A stretch of DNA of 59,574 bases, the filler included, from Sphacelaria rigidula (lineage: Eukaryota), in the NCBI GenBank assembly GCA_964200075.2. It is 8 parts of 8 records of this genome, joined end to end, with 100 filler letters (N's around TTAATTAATTAA, not from the genome) between each part and the next. Parts side by side here need not be neighbours in the genome. Positions count along the whole stretch, not along the records: positions 29,839 to 37,197 come from CAXNAA020015267.1; positions 37,298 to 44,656 come from CAXNAA020015268.1; positions 44,757 to 52,115 come from CAXNAA020015269.1; 5 more parts are not named here. The stretch is one strand, 5' to 3'. Of the stretch, positions 33,917-46,786 are shown in pieces (the stretch's first letter is position 1; each line of letters opens with the position of its first letter). The translations under genes and the position numbers were made by a program. Below the pieces are notes generated by a model. That model worked only from the letters and a program-made list of their open reading frames with translations, had not been told where the DNA came from and did not search any database.

Positions 33917-36568
33917 ATGGATGCAATATTGGGGCGCCACTGGCGGGACATCCTGTGGGCGGCGGATAAGGACAGCAAGACGGATGCTAAGAAGGCGAAC
34001 ATTATGTGGAAGAATCTTAACGAGTATACGAAACGATATCTGACTAAGTACGTCCTAGCACCGCCAGGGGGTGAGCGCACGCAGAACGATCCACCGAAGT
34101 TGTCGCTTCTCGTCACGCTGGTGTTCGCCCTGGCTCTTTGCGACAGTGAGTGGCCACTGAAAGACGTTCTCTTGGAGCGCTTCGCCCACGAGGAGGAGGA
34201 AGGGATCAAGCCGGTGAGTGTTGTCCGTAAAATTTAGATGGAGAATAGTGGGCGATATGTCGAATGATTGCACAAATGCGCAGATTACTTTATGGCCTTT
34301 CTGTCGTCCACACCGGAGATACCCCCCGCCCTTGTGGTCGACGTGATGGGCGCCTGCACTAATGCAAGATATTCGTGTGATGTGGCGGTCGAGATCTGTT
34401 CATCGATGTGTGTCCCAATGACTGCATCATGTACAGTCGATAACGCACGATACATTCCCATATTATATTGTGTCGCCCCCTCCGTCTCCTGCTTGTCAAA
34501 TCCCACAGCATACCCCAGGGTCGTCATTGGGAAATCTCCAAGCTTACGCCTTCCTCTTCGGTCTCGACAAACGCTGTTTGAGCGATAGCCGCTTGAACTC
34601 CCTGATCGACGATCATGGCGTGAGCAAGCCGGTCATTAACTACTGCCGAGAATTGAAGCCCTTACATCTCGTGCATGATATGATCTCCACCTTCTATAAC
34701 GGAAAACACGTCGACCCTGCTAGCGAGGATGACTTTGCGAAAATCAAAAAGGACCTGCGGGTGCGGCTTGAGATGGAGCAAGACGGAAATGACGCGGTGG
34801 GAAACTCGACGGACGAACTAGAATTAGCGATTCTTCGATACAAGAAACGTCAGTATGAGTTTGCCACGGCGTCGAAGACGTGAATAACTGACAAGGGGAG
34901 GCGAGATGCCATTCACAGATGCACCTACGCCGACATTGACCGCAACCCGTCGGGAGGAGGGAATGGAGCGGCTGCGGGTATCTTCGATCAGATGGACGCT
35001 GCGTACCACCGAGTCTTCAAGGGCGTACTGAACGGGGTCACGTCCGTATCTTTGGCCAAAGCTCAGGGCAGGCTGGTGAAGATAAACCCACTCTACAGCA
35101 ATAAGACCTCGTTCACGACGGGCGTCGGAGAAGTGCCCCGTGTGTCTGTGTGGGCGCACCCGTACACTTTCGACGACATCACCATCTACGAGTTTGTGAG
35201 TATACGACAGGACCACATGAATAGCCGATTGACAATGAGTACGGCCCCTCTGAATTCAGATGAGCTATTACCAACAACAGTCGTACACACTGAGTCAGGA
35301 TCACAACCGATCACTCCAAACAAAACGGGATTCGAAAATATAACACCAGACACGACATGATCGACCTGGTTTTCGGAACCGGATCGTGTGCCTGATTCGG
35401 CTCACAGGAAAAGTTCGCTGCATGCGTCACTCGGACTCCGGAGTCAGTAAACGTCTCAGCACGCCGTACAAATATGTGTTTGCACCTGTCTGTCCAGCCG
35501 TTCAAATGGAGAATGCAGGGTTTGGTGTATCACAACGCCACCACCGCACTCATATGATCGGAAGGCGAAATGTACCATCGCCACTCCAGCGACACACTCG
35601 TGGCTGTTGCAACGTTTTGTCAGTGCGTACGATATACACGAACTGGTTTCTGGAACCGACCTGCGTGCTCGACCCGGCTGCTAGTCGACATTCGATCTCT
35701 GCGTCACTCCAGCTCCGAAGACGATTACCACCTCGACACGCGAGGTGACTCTGTACTTGTGCCGATCTGTTCAACCCTTGGAATGAAGGTTGTAGGGGTT
35801 GGTGTATCTAACCCTAACCACAACACTCATAGGATCAGAAATGCCAGCTGTATAACCGCTACTACATCCTGACACACGAACTCATTGCACGAAGCCTCAA
35901 TGAAATATATATAACATGATACACGCACGCTCACCTCATACCCACCGCTCAAACAATCTGATTTATGGACCGGTTATACGTCTGTCATTTCTCTTACACA
36001 CGCCACGCTATCGAGCAGGTGACAGAAGGAATAAAAATATCGGTGGGAAAGGATAAAAAGAAAAAAGTGGATGGCATAGAGGCAGCAATCCGGCGTAAAC
36101 TCCTCGTGATCTTTTCACTGGTGGGGTTGTTGCACGCGCAACACATCGCAGAGGAGTCTGTCACGGTCTGCGACGATTTCCGAGCCGTCGTCGATCACCT
36201 CAAGGGCGAGAAGTCCCGCGCATTCCAGAAGCTTCTCGTAAGCGATGCACCCAAGTATCGGATCTCCGATAACGGGCCACATTTCCTGTCAGATATGGAA
36301 AGGGACTACATCAAGGGCGCCATATTTCTCAATGTTAACGACCCAGTAGCGACGCCGGAAGATGTTGCTCCTGTCAGCGGACCAGCAGTCGCCCAACCCA
36401 GTGAGTTGGCACGATCCCTCCACGGAGGATGACATACCCGGACGAGTATTTCTTACGGCGCGTGACACAAGCGGTCGATGTCTCACACTGAGAAGAAACA
36501 GCACCGAACCCTTCACGATGGCCCTGACGCATGTGCTGCATGTGTGTGGATACTCGCGCTGTGAGTAA
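33917..36568 (+). pseudogene. Multi-exon decayed coding region whose 3' part aligns by eye with the MTase-like region of contig 1
   Basis: Protein-like blocks with splice-like ends: 33917-34213 then GTGAGT; about 34510-34883; 34992-35196 then GTGAGT; 35570-35745; 35965-36432; 36362-36568. Three motifs are collinear with contig 1 (see findings). Confidence 0.45.
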
Positions 36569-37197
36569 TGAGCATGCTCGAAAACTGTACCCACTTTGTA
36601 TCCAATAATCCAACCGGCAACGGTGACCTTACATCGCATCGTTTGATTGTCTTCCTCGTTACACCTATGTCACACAGCATTTCTCCTGAATAAATGTCGA
36701 ACAACCGCCGGTTTCTGAAACCGGGAAAGCGTGTGCTCAATACCGACAGGCTAGCATAATGAACTGTTGGACATAAGATGTCATGCTCACACCCACGCAC
36801 GGAGCGATCGCAGAACGTCCAGAACGGAAATGCTCGCCCGTTATTGGGGGGCGCTCGTTCATTACTTGCCATAATGTGACCCGCACGCGATCGCTCGATA
36901 TTTCATCGAGGAGAACACTCACCCACTTACGGTATTCCCGATAATGTTGCACAGATATTAACATCGATACGCGCTCAGTTGCAGTCTGGAGCGGCGACGA
37001 TGACAACGCGCCGACGATGATACAAGTGCCCCACTACATATGCGAGGCACTAGAGCAGGTAATGGGCGGGTCCGACGGTATGATACACGTCAACACGAAG
37101 ACAAGTTACACCCAGCGGTGAGTTCGATTTGCAGCACCACTGACCCTACCCCCCCCCCCCCCCCCCCCCCAATCCCCCCCGCCACCGGACCCCCCCC

Positions 37198-37297
37198 NNN
37201 NNNNNNNNNNNNNNNNNNNNNNNNNNNNNNNNNNNNNNNNNTTAATTAATTAANNNNNNNNNNNNNNNNNNNNNNNNNNNNNNNNNNNNNNNNNNNN
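37198..37297. other. Artificial contig linker
   Basis: Same spacer. Confidence 0.98.
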
Positions 37298-38572
37298 CCA
37301 GGGGAGAGATGGGTTGATCCCTTGAGACCACGGACTAATCCCGAGGAAGGGGAGGGGTTCAAAGTGTGAGGGGGGGAAAAAAAAGGACAAAAATCACCGG
37401 AACGAGCAAATCGTGCGTTCAAGCGACATAATGTGGGATCTGCGCTGAAGGCCTCCCGGGGTTATCTCGGAACCGACTGGATGGATCATTTGTTTCTGAC
37501 TGGCTAGCTTGATTTGTCCATCAGGAAGAGCCAGGACATTTTTGGGGCAGAATTTTGTGCATGTTTTGTGAGCGATTCGCATCCCTGACTGTGCGGTACT
37601 GTATTGTAGACGGTGGCCACGCTGTGCATCACAGTTATTTGAAATGTAATTTACGGAGAGCGGGGTGCCGTTTTTCGATGGTCAAACAGTTCAACTGTGC
37701 CAGCATGTACCCTTACAAACAAATATGTCGTTTGTATTACAGTACGACGGGCAGCAACTGAGGTGTTTTTTTTTCTTCATTTTCACAGAGTGAATTATGT
37801 GCTACCCCGTGCGCATCGTGGGGGGGGGGCTGATCGCACAGCGTGACCCCCACCATCGGTGTACTCCCTGATGCCGCAAGGTACCACTGCAAAGCGACAG
37901 CGTCAATACCGCCGAACGCATGAACCTATCATATTTGGAGTGACAAAGTAGCATCCATGGTCCCGCCTTGGACACAGCCTCCCAGCGGTGCCGCCAGTTG
38001 AAGCGGTGTACCTTCGTCTGTGGCGCACGCCTCGTGTGAACTGCGTGCCCTTTGCAGCTGGTCCTACTTCATCATATTCTGTTCATTGACTTTTTTGTCG
38101 CGGGTATGTGGCCAAAAAATGTCTTTTATTTAGGCCCAACACTGAGTGTACAAATGTTTTGACCGGAAGACGCAGCACATGGCTCGTAGTCGTAATGCTG
38201 TGCCGCTCACGCTGCATACCATCGCCAGGTGAGGTATGCGGTACGGCCGTCCTTGTCAAGTTGTCCAGTTGACCTTTTAGCCTTTGTAATCCACGGTTTC
38301 GTGGGGGGCATGCGTTCGTCGTGCACTTTTCATACGATGAGATTATATTTTGGGCAAGATACAAAAAAGGGTAGACCCTTATGCTTTTGGAGCAAAAAAG
38401 GGTGGCGCATTTTTCGCTTTGGAGCGCGGCGCTGCACGCTGGCCAAACACCTCGAAAACACGTTCCAGCACCTCAGCCCCACGCCCAAGGTCCCTCGGCA
38501 GCATACCCGACCAGTTTTTTTCACTTTCACGAGTGTTGCTGGGCTAAACTACCGCGCCGAAAATGAGAGCCT

Positions 38573-38770
38573 GGGAGAGTACCCTTTGTTGTAAGCAAAA
38601 CAGGAGGGTACACCCTGCCCTTTGCTAAAAATTCATATCTACCCTTTTTTGGTATACTGTTGTCCCTTTTCTGTCAAGTGGTGACCCTTTTTTGTGAGGT
38701 GGTGACCGTACCGCCGTCTCAGCGCAAATGTCGCCGAGCGGTCACAACCATAGCCATTTTCGGTAAAACA
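38573..38770 (+). mobile_element. Probable Mutator-type terminal region with 21-bp subterminal repeats
   Basis: ACCCTTTTTTGG / TCCCTTTTCTGT / ACCCTTTTTTGT and GTGGTGACC units at about 21-bp period (38641-38708), about 400 bp upstream of the MuDR ORF. Confidence 0.45.
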
Positions 38771-39151
38771 ACACCCCGCCAAAAAATGCCGAAACACAAC
38801 GACCAGAAGAGTGTGGTCCCCCTCTTGGTCGGCCCGCAGACCCGGAAGATCCAACGATGCATACAGGTCCCTTGTGTGCCGGACCTCACGAGGATCCAAC
38901 GAACACGGCTGCACATCTTGCCGACACACCAGCCCCAACGGCATCACGCGGGGGCGGCAACGGCAGACCGTTGCCGGATCTGCAATTTGCCGCTCGGAAA
39001 CGGAAATGGACACCGACAGGATTTCGGATTGGAGCAAGAACGCCTGAATCCAACGCCGCAGACTGTACAATCGGCTGTCCTCCTCTAATCGCAAAACACC
39101 CGCCCTCCGACCACATGTCGAAATTACCCGAGCTGTAAGACCCACGCGCCA

Positions 39152-39746
39152 ATGTCATCTCTTGACTCAAGCGACGTTGTGCCAGACGGCGGCGCCGGCG
39201 CGAGCTGCTCCGCGTTCCAACCCAGACTCATCAAGAAGGGAGACTCCTTTTCCGACGTGACAAAGTTAAGGACGGCGTCCGAACGCGTCATGCTCTCACA
39301 GGGGCGGACGATGATTGCCGACTCGCGAGTTACCGGCAGTCGGAGCAAACTATATCGATGCGCAGGCTGCGTGATAGCCGGGCGAGAAGGGCGTGTCCGG
39401 CTGCCAGGTTTGCGTGCGCGCCTACAACCGCAAGACCCAGGAGTGGGTGGTCACGGATTGCCACTTTGTCCACGACAATTGCGCCGGGGGCAAAAAAAAC
39501 AGCGTTCGGTCTTTGGCGCAGGAAGGCGCAGTAATCGTAAACGCCAACAGGAGGATTTCAGCTCCTGGTCTCGTCAGCACCCTCAAGGGTGCGTACGGCG
39601 TGGAACTGAAGTCCCACACCGCAAACCGCCTGAAGCGCAGTGTAATTGGTGTCAGCGACGACGCCCTGAAAGAGGGCTACGAGCGTCTCGGGAGCTACCT
39701 CACAAAGCTGGCGGACAAGAGCGCAGGAACCGTCGTGAACCTCCAG
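39152..39746 (+). mobile_element. MuDR/Mutator transposase N-terminal exon, frameshifted near 39390
   Basis: KGDSFSDVTKLRTA...LYRC...GCQVCVRA...EWVVTDCHFVHDNC (C-C-H-C Zn domain of MuDR), then EGYERLGSYLTKLADKSAGTVVNLQ (Y..L..Y...L...npGt.v). GT donor at 39747. No DDE domain seen downstream. Confidence 0.75.
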
Positions 39747-40629
39747 GTGCGTACGTTGACCACTACCGAACGCTTCATGGTTGGGGTCCTGGAGCAAGTT
39801 CCACATTATTTTTGAGTCATTTTGTTTCAGCGGCGAAATTCATTCTGAAGAGTCGATGGCGCCTTCGGTCGCTCTCTCATGTTTTGATGTTACAAAGGGA
39901 TCCATGTTACCTATCTCGCTCGAAGCGGGTATCAAGTTGGCAAACACCTTCTTCATCCTGTTTCTCCACCTGTATACGGAATGAAACGGAATTTTCCATC
40001 ACCCAGGGTTCGTCTCGACGTCAGCAGGTTGAAATTGAGTAGTTTTTGTGTTTCAGTTGCGCTGTGGCGATAGGGCAGGAAATTTGCCGGCTGGACAATG
40101 AATTTTGAGTCGCTGTGATCACCGGATATAGAATGAGTGTCCAGCCCACGTCCAGCCGCCTCATCGGTCATTCTGCCGGATGTCAGCAACTTTTCAATCC
40201 GAGCACCCACATGTTGTGGATTTGAGAGCGTTCCGGTTTTTGCAAAAGTACAGCGATGCTACTCGTACGGTAGACAGTAGCCGTGTAGTACTGTGGCAAC
40301 AAAACTTTTATACCCTGCTGTGTACATCGCTGTGTACATCGGTGCTGTACTGTACTGCTGCACCGACCACCGTTCGAGCCGTCAATGCACCATGTGCGAG
40401 CAACCGCATTTTTCTGTGGACATCATCCCTTCAGTCTGGGTGTCATGCCGTATGCACCTGCATGTCATGTATACCTGCACGAAGTTTCCTGGAACCCAAC
40501 AGTCGGAGCGGTGTAGAAGCACAGAGGCTACAACACCGCCGTTACTTGCGAGGCTGCACCCCGAGCCGCCGAGAAATGATTGGCGGGCCATGATTTCGAC
40601 AATTGTCGAGATTCTTTTCGGTTTTTTCT

Positions 40630-41342
40630 GGTCAACTTTGTTGCAAGAAATTCGTCAATCATAACTGTTGTGATATTTTTCTTCGTTCTGTTGCAAGACA
40701 TCGATCAATACACGCTGCCAAAAACCGAAAAGGCTGGTGGGCCTTGCTAGGTTTGTACATTTATTGTGCTACTTGCCTGCTCTGTCCCGATGGCCTCGGG
40801 TCTCCATGCCAAGGACCTCTGTCCACGGTGGCTGACCGCATCCGCCAACGCTTCCGCAATAAACCAAGGTACCGACGGCTGGTACCCCCACCCCCTCGAA
40901 CCAAGGGGCAGTCGATTTTTTTCTTCGGGACACGTAGCCCTCCCCCCACCCCCACCCCCCCCCACCCTCCCCCCCCCTCCCGGAGGACGTTTTTTCGAAA
41001 ATTGTCATTATTTTTTATTTAATTTGTCAACTTTGTCACAAGGAATTGATCACTAATCACTGTTTTGATTATTTCTGTTAATTTTGTTACAAGAAATTCA
41101 TCACTGAACGCTGACAATAACCGAAAAGTCTGATGGGCTTTGTGGGGTTCGTTCATCTGCTTCTGCTCCTTGCCCGTTCTGTCCCGACGACCTCGGATGC
41201 CGAAGGGCGTTTTTTCGACAATCAAAATGACCCTGATATTTTTTTCCCTCTTAACTTTGTTGCGAGAAATTGATCAATGAACATTGACAAAATCGGGAAA
41301 GTTTGGTGGGCTTTGCGGGGTGTATATTTACTTCTGCTCCTT
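40630..41342. repeat. Three degenerate tandem units
   Basis: AACTTTGT..CAAGAAATT.ATCA...CCGAAAAG.CTG.TGGGCTT.G...TGCTCCTT repeated at about 40632, 41027 and 41253. Confidence 0.7.
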
Positions 41343-41786
41343 TACATATTTATATATTATATATAATATCAGTATCGTATATATTTTAGCACATATTTTC
41401 ATATATAAATACATAATACAGTATATACTGCCCCTTGATGAATATTTATGTATACCAATATATAACATATAAATATGTTGTATATAATTTCAACAATATA
41501 TTATATTTTGAGAAGAATATGTATAATATATACCAATAATATAAACCTATTTATATGAAAAATAATATATGAAAAAATATATATGAAAATATATATATAC
41601 CGATGTTATATGATATAATATACGAAATATTATATACGATATGTAATATATGTAATATAAATATGGAGTGTAACATATCGTATGTATGATATGTGATATA
41701 TGTTATAACATATATCATATATATCATATATCATATATCATATAACATATATCATATATATGATATATGATGTAACATATATCATA
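41343..41786. repeat. AT-rich (TA)-type low-complexity tract
   Basis: Nearly all A/T with ATATATC units. Confidence 0.9.
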
Positions 41787-44656
41787 CAAAGGGATCTCTA
41801 CTGTCTATGGCAACTGACCGCATCCGCTAACGCTTCGGCAAAAAACCAGGGGACACACGGCTTGGTGCCCCCCCCGCCCCCCCCCTCCCCCTCCAAAACT
41901 CGGATTTTCGATCTCGGGGCCCACGTGTCCCGAAATTGTTTTTCGACTGCCCCTTGCTCGAACATCAAATTTTCGATTTTGGGGCCCATGTGTCCGGAGT
42001 TGTTGTTTACGCTGCCCCCTGATTGAGACCAAATTAACACCTGCCATGTCGCTCCCGCTTGTTTTGTTGCCGTCTGTTGATCGCGATCGTGCTCTCGCAG
42101 CGGGATTCGCAAGGACACTTCGACCAATGCTTCTTCATGCTTGGAGCGGTGGCGAACTTCGCCTGCCACGGTGTTCAACAGGTACATGTGCTGCCACCCT
42201 TACTGTGCTACCAGTAAACTTTACCATGGCGTTATTGCCAGGTTTCACACGACACCCATCCTGCGTCACGTTTCAGGGGCATTACTGATGCAGCCCCCCC
42301 TCCCCAAACAACCGTTCAACAAACTGAGAGGGCGGTAGGACGCGCTATAAAGTGGAGGATGACGAAGAACGTTGGGAAGTGTGGTGTGTAGTCTTCCGTT
42401 GCACTACACAGCAGGGCACGAAAAAAAGAGGAAGGCACGACTGTAAAATAGAAGCTTCATGCAAACAAGTAGATGGTGGATGATAAATCAAGAGGTATTC
42501 TCCATGAAAAAGACGAGCGGTTCGTTATTTTCTTGAACCGTCACAGGTTGGGCCGCTTCTTACAGACTGGAAAAAGTCTCTGAGAAAAGTCGTTTTGGTC
42601 AGTCTCCACGGACTTTTATCAGAACGCAACCTTGTAGGGCTATTTTTCGTGAAAAACGTCTCTGGAAACTGGCCACAATTTGCAGACAGCGGGATTTTGA
42701 CAAATCTCTCTGCGAAAAGCCGTCGATTCGAAGAGACTTTTCTCTGTCTGGGAATTGTCGTTCCATAACACATTCCTCGCACACCGTACGAGCAATGGTA
42801 CAGCCAGGGCCCCATCACACACTCCTCGCATACAAGCGTAATGCAGTCAGTGCAAAAGTAGTCGTCCATGTTGTATGTTGAGTACAAAACCAACAGCATA
42901 GCTGCTGCAGCACTCCGTGCATCCTTTTCATGGCCGTAGAACCAGGGACAGATAGTGTTGTTTTTCCGGCAGCGTTACTACCGTGAAATAGCACGATGTC
43001 GCCCCTGCTGGCTGCGTTGTCTATGCTCGTATCGTTTCATGCTCGTCGTGGCCGCCACCGATTGCGGACTCTGTAGTATTCTGCGTGTTCAGACGGTTGC
43101 TACCGCACTACTAACTGCCACGCGAATTTTTGTGTGTGGTATGGCGCAAACCGTCTGATGCACGCATTGGGCCACTTGCGACACGACTACTGTACCAAGC
43201 GGCGACCGGCTGAAGTAAGGGTTGATACGCCCATCATCTCGATCCCTATTATACCAGTAGCTACTGTGCGTGTGCACGCGCGCGTGTGTGTGTTGCCATT
43301 CCATCCATGCTGTACCTCAAGAGGATTATTTGCGTGTTGGTTGACCGCAGGCTACCCGTAGGTGGCACAAGCACAAAACGCGAGTGGTGACCACTACCAC
43401 CGTCTGCACGCAGGCCAGATGATGGCCTCGGGTGTACAAACCGTTTTCATCAACAAAAAAGTGGGGGATTCTGAAAACTGATTTCTCTGGAGAAAGTCTC
43501 TAAGAAACGTCGTTCGAAATGGCTTTTCCCAGAGACCCTTTTCGGTCTACGGGAAACGGCCTTAGATCGGTCATCTTTCTTGCAATGACTACGTTTCAGC
43601 TTCGTGTGCGCGCCTAAGGTTGAGCTTATTTACGGATTTTCGGGGTTGGAAAACATTTATCGAGAAACTTGAACAAAGCTTCGGATGTTCGTCACTAGAC
43701 AGGCTTCAATATTCTGTAATCCAAACTGCCGTGGTAGCGGGTCTGATCCGAAAAACGTACCTGTGTGCATTTCATACATTTGACACTGTTGAATTGAAAA
43801 AATGTTATGAAGATTTTGTACAAAAGTTATGCCACGCATCCCATTGTACATTGCGCAGTATTCAGAAGAAGCCGGAAGTGGAGCACAAAACAGGGGGGGG
43901 GGGGAAGTGGAATACACGAAGCTTGATTGAAAACACATTCACCGTGGGGTGCACGGTTCGGACGAATCATCGCCGGTTCGAATAATCAACTCCACGATTT
44001 TTTAGTCCTGATTGCCCAAAAGGGAGGGAAAAAGTAAACCGCTGGTCAAATATGTCTCCACGCAACTTTTGCGCCACTCCATGTGCCTGGGCTGCACACA
44101 CCTGGGTTGCACCGCCGAAAACAAAGCCCAAGGGTTGATTCGTACGGCAAGAGTCAAATACATGAAAATCACGCATTTCCCAGACGAATCATGAATTCGC
44201 CCCACCCTTGGTAGGGTACGCACACACGACACCGCACTCGAGGTATTACTCACCGCCTACCTGCTCGTCGGTTTCATGCACGTATACGCAAAACCACCGC
44301 CATGCAGCAAATGAATGCACGTGTACCGAACTTTTACTAAACTGGGATACCGTACCGCACAACAGCCCCCCCCATTTTGAGTTCGCGAATCGGTGCCCCC
44401 CCCCCATGTTCAACGAATCGGGGTCACAAAAAGATCAGGATGCGCTTCCATTAAAGATGGCCCAAGGCGAGCAACAATGTGCCATGTCCCCCTCCCCTTC
44501 TACTCTCGCGACGTTTTGTACTATACCGGCAATCATCTGTGGTGTCGATCGTTCTTGTTCCTGCACCCTGCACCCTGCACTCCACCCCCCCCCCCCCCCC
44601 CCCGGGGGGCCGCCCGGGGGGGGGGGGGGGGAGGGGGGGGGTTGTTTGGGGGATGG

Positions 44657-44756
44657 NNNNNNNNNNNNNNNNNNNNNNNNNNNNNNNNNNNNNNNNNNNN
44701 TTAATTAATTAANNNNNNNNNNNNNNNNNNNNNNNNNNNNNNNNNNNNNNNNNNNN
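44657..44756. other. Artificial contig linker
   Basis: Same spacer. Confidence 0.98.
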
Positions 44757-45933
44757 CAAGTGTGGGGAAAGCACTGTTTTAGGCTTGAGCCTCATCTCGA
44801 AGTTAAACCTCAATTCGCACAAGTTGTTGTTGATTTGTGAAGTTCTGTGTGTAGAAAGCAGGGCAAAATAATGGATGTTACATTTCTACTGAAGTTTGTT
44901 TTGTCGTAATCAAGGAGTTGGGGCGGCCGGTTTGAGTATCGATTGAAAATATTGAGGCTCACCAGAGTTTTGCAGGTTTGAATTAGTTTGTTCAACCAAC
45001 TTATCTAAACAAAAGATGAAACTTAGGTTCACAGAATGGGCTGATGTGGTGAGCCGAGCTCTCGGAGGCTTTATGATTTTGAACCGAACCAGCTCTAGCT
45101 TGAAAATTTGGGCGTATGTATCGGGAAATTGGGATTAAACATGATAAAATAATCCTTGTTCGGGGTACAGGGTTTTATTATGGTGTTTGAAGATCACGCG
45201 AGCATTATTCTAGCAACGGGCTATCAGCGCGCTGACATATTTTATCTTGAAGTAGTAGAAGTAAAGAAAAACTTGTATTCCGGATCGGAAGGTCAGAGCA
45301 GTGGGGGTATGTTGAAGGGTAGATTCAAGAAACAGGCTGTCTTTGTGTCATGTATCGGACTACGTGCAGAGTAACCTAGCTGTTGAGTGTACTCGGGGGC
45401 TGAAGAGTGGGTTCTTTTAGAGTTAATATCACAGGTTAGGTGGTCAAGTACGATAGAAGGGATGAAGAGACACAAGGGTGATGCAGAAGTATTTTCTGCA
45501 CCCACCCTCGCGTTTCACTCCCCTCCCACATCCCTTGATTTTGGCTGACGGTTTGGTTTTGATTGTGATTTCGAGTCTTATTGTAGTGCGGCAATACAAA
45601 GAGCGGTACCAGTAATTGGCCAAAAAGAAGCACCAAACACGCAATTTCCTGTTTTGGGTATATCAGCGCCTGCATTCGCTGTGACCTTGAGTGAACGCGA
45701 CGTCTGACTTCCATGAAAACGGTTAAACATATATTGGGGAATAGAGCGACGACTTCTCTCCCGCCCGACAGTACAGTATCATGCTGTATCATGCATGTAT
45801 GATATAGTACACGCCGGCATATGAGAGACAAAATAACAATTAACAAAAAATGCAGTCACAGCTCGTTGTGTTTACTGTATATGTACAGTATGCTAGTACG
45901 TACATATTTAATAGCCAATCATCGAAATTGAGA

Positions 45934-46786
45934 ATGGAACTTTTCATTGAGGATGACAAGCCAGAAAATAAAAATCTTCGTGTATTCACGCTAGATCTTC
46001 GGAATATGGTTCCATTTCTTCACCTACTGGTAGCTATTGACAACTACTATACGCTGTGTACAAATCTGGATTCCAATGACCGAAATGTTGGGGTCCTATT
46101 ACAGGTGAAGAAACAATTTCGGGGAATCTGGGTGATCCGAGACGGACCGCCGAAATTCCCCGAAATCGAGTTTTCACCTGGGACCCCAACATTTCGGTAA
46201 AACACGGGATCTAACAAATTTGGGATGGATCTTTTATTGGGGATGAGGAACCCGGAGAATTAAAATCTTCGTATCCACAATAAATCTTCGAAATATGGTT
46301 CCATTTCTTCTCCTACTGATAGCTATTGACAACTGCTACACGCCATAGAAATTTGGATTCCGATCACCAAAATTTTGGGGTCCTAGGTGACAAACCAATT
46401 TTTTGGAATTCTGGGTGTCCGAACGGATGCCAAAATGGTTCCGAAATTGGTTTTTCACCTAGGACCCCAACATTTCGGTGACCGAAATCCAAATTTGTAT
46501 GATGTTTAGCAGTTGTCAATAGATATCAGTAGGTGAAGAAATTGAACCGTCTTTCAAAGGTTTGGTGTGGATACGAAGATATTAATTCTCCGGGTTTCTC
46601 ATCCCTAATGAAATATCCATTCCCAGCTTGTGAGATCCCGTGTTGTAATCGAAATCCAAATTGGTATGGCGTGTCGTAGTTGTCAATAGCTACCGGTAGG
46701 TGAAGGAATGGAACCATATTCCGAAGATTTGGTGTGAATACGGATATATAAATTCTCCGGTCCTCATCATCAATGAAAGACTCCAT
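45934..46786. mobile_element. Foldback-like element made of nested inverted and direct repeats
   Basis: Outer arms 45934-46055 and 46668-46786 are reverse-complementary. Inner arms at about 46230-46360 and 46485-46620. Two GGGGTCCTA...GGACCCCAACATTTCGG palindromes. Confidence 0.75.

Noticed and set aside
26-36568. Assigning contigs 1 and 5 to an integrated phaeovirus or Polinton
   Set aside because: No capsid, packaging ATPase, polymerase or integrase motifs are visible, and the regions appear spliced; origin left open.
45850-46786. Two similar small proteins on opposite strands as paralogous genes
   Set aside because: The similarity is simply the inverted arms of the foldback repeat.
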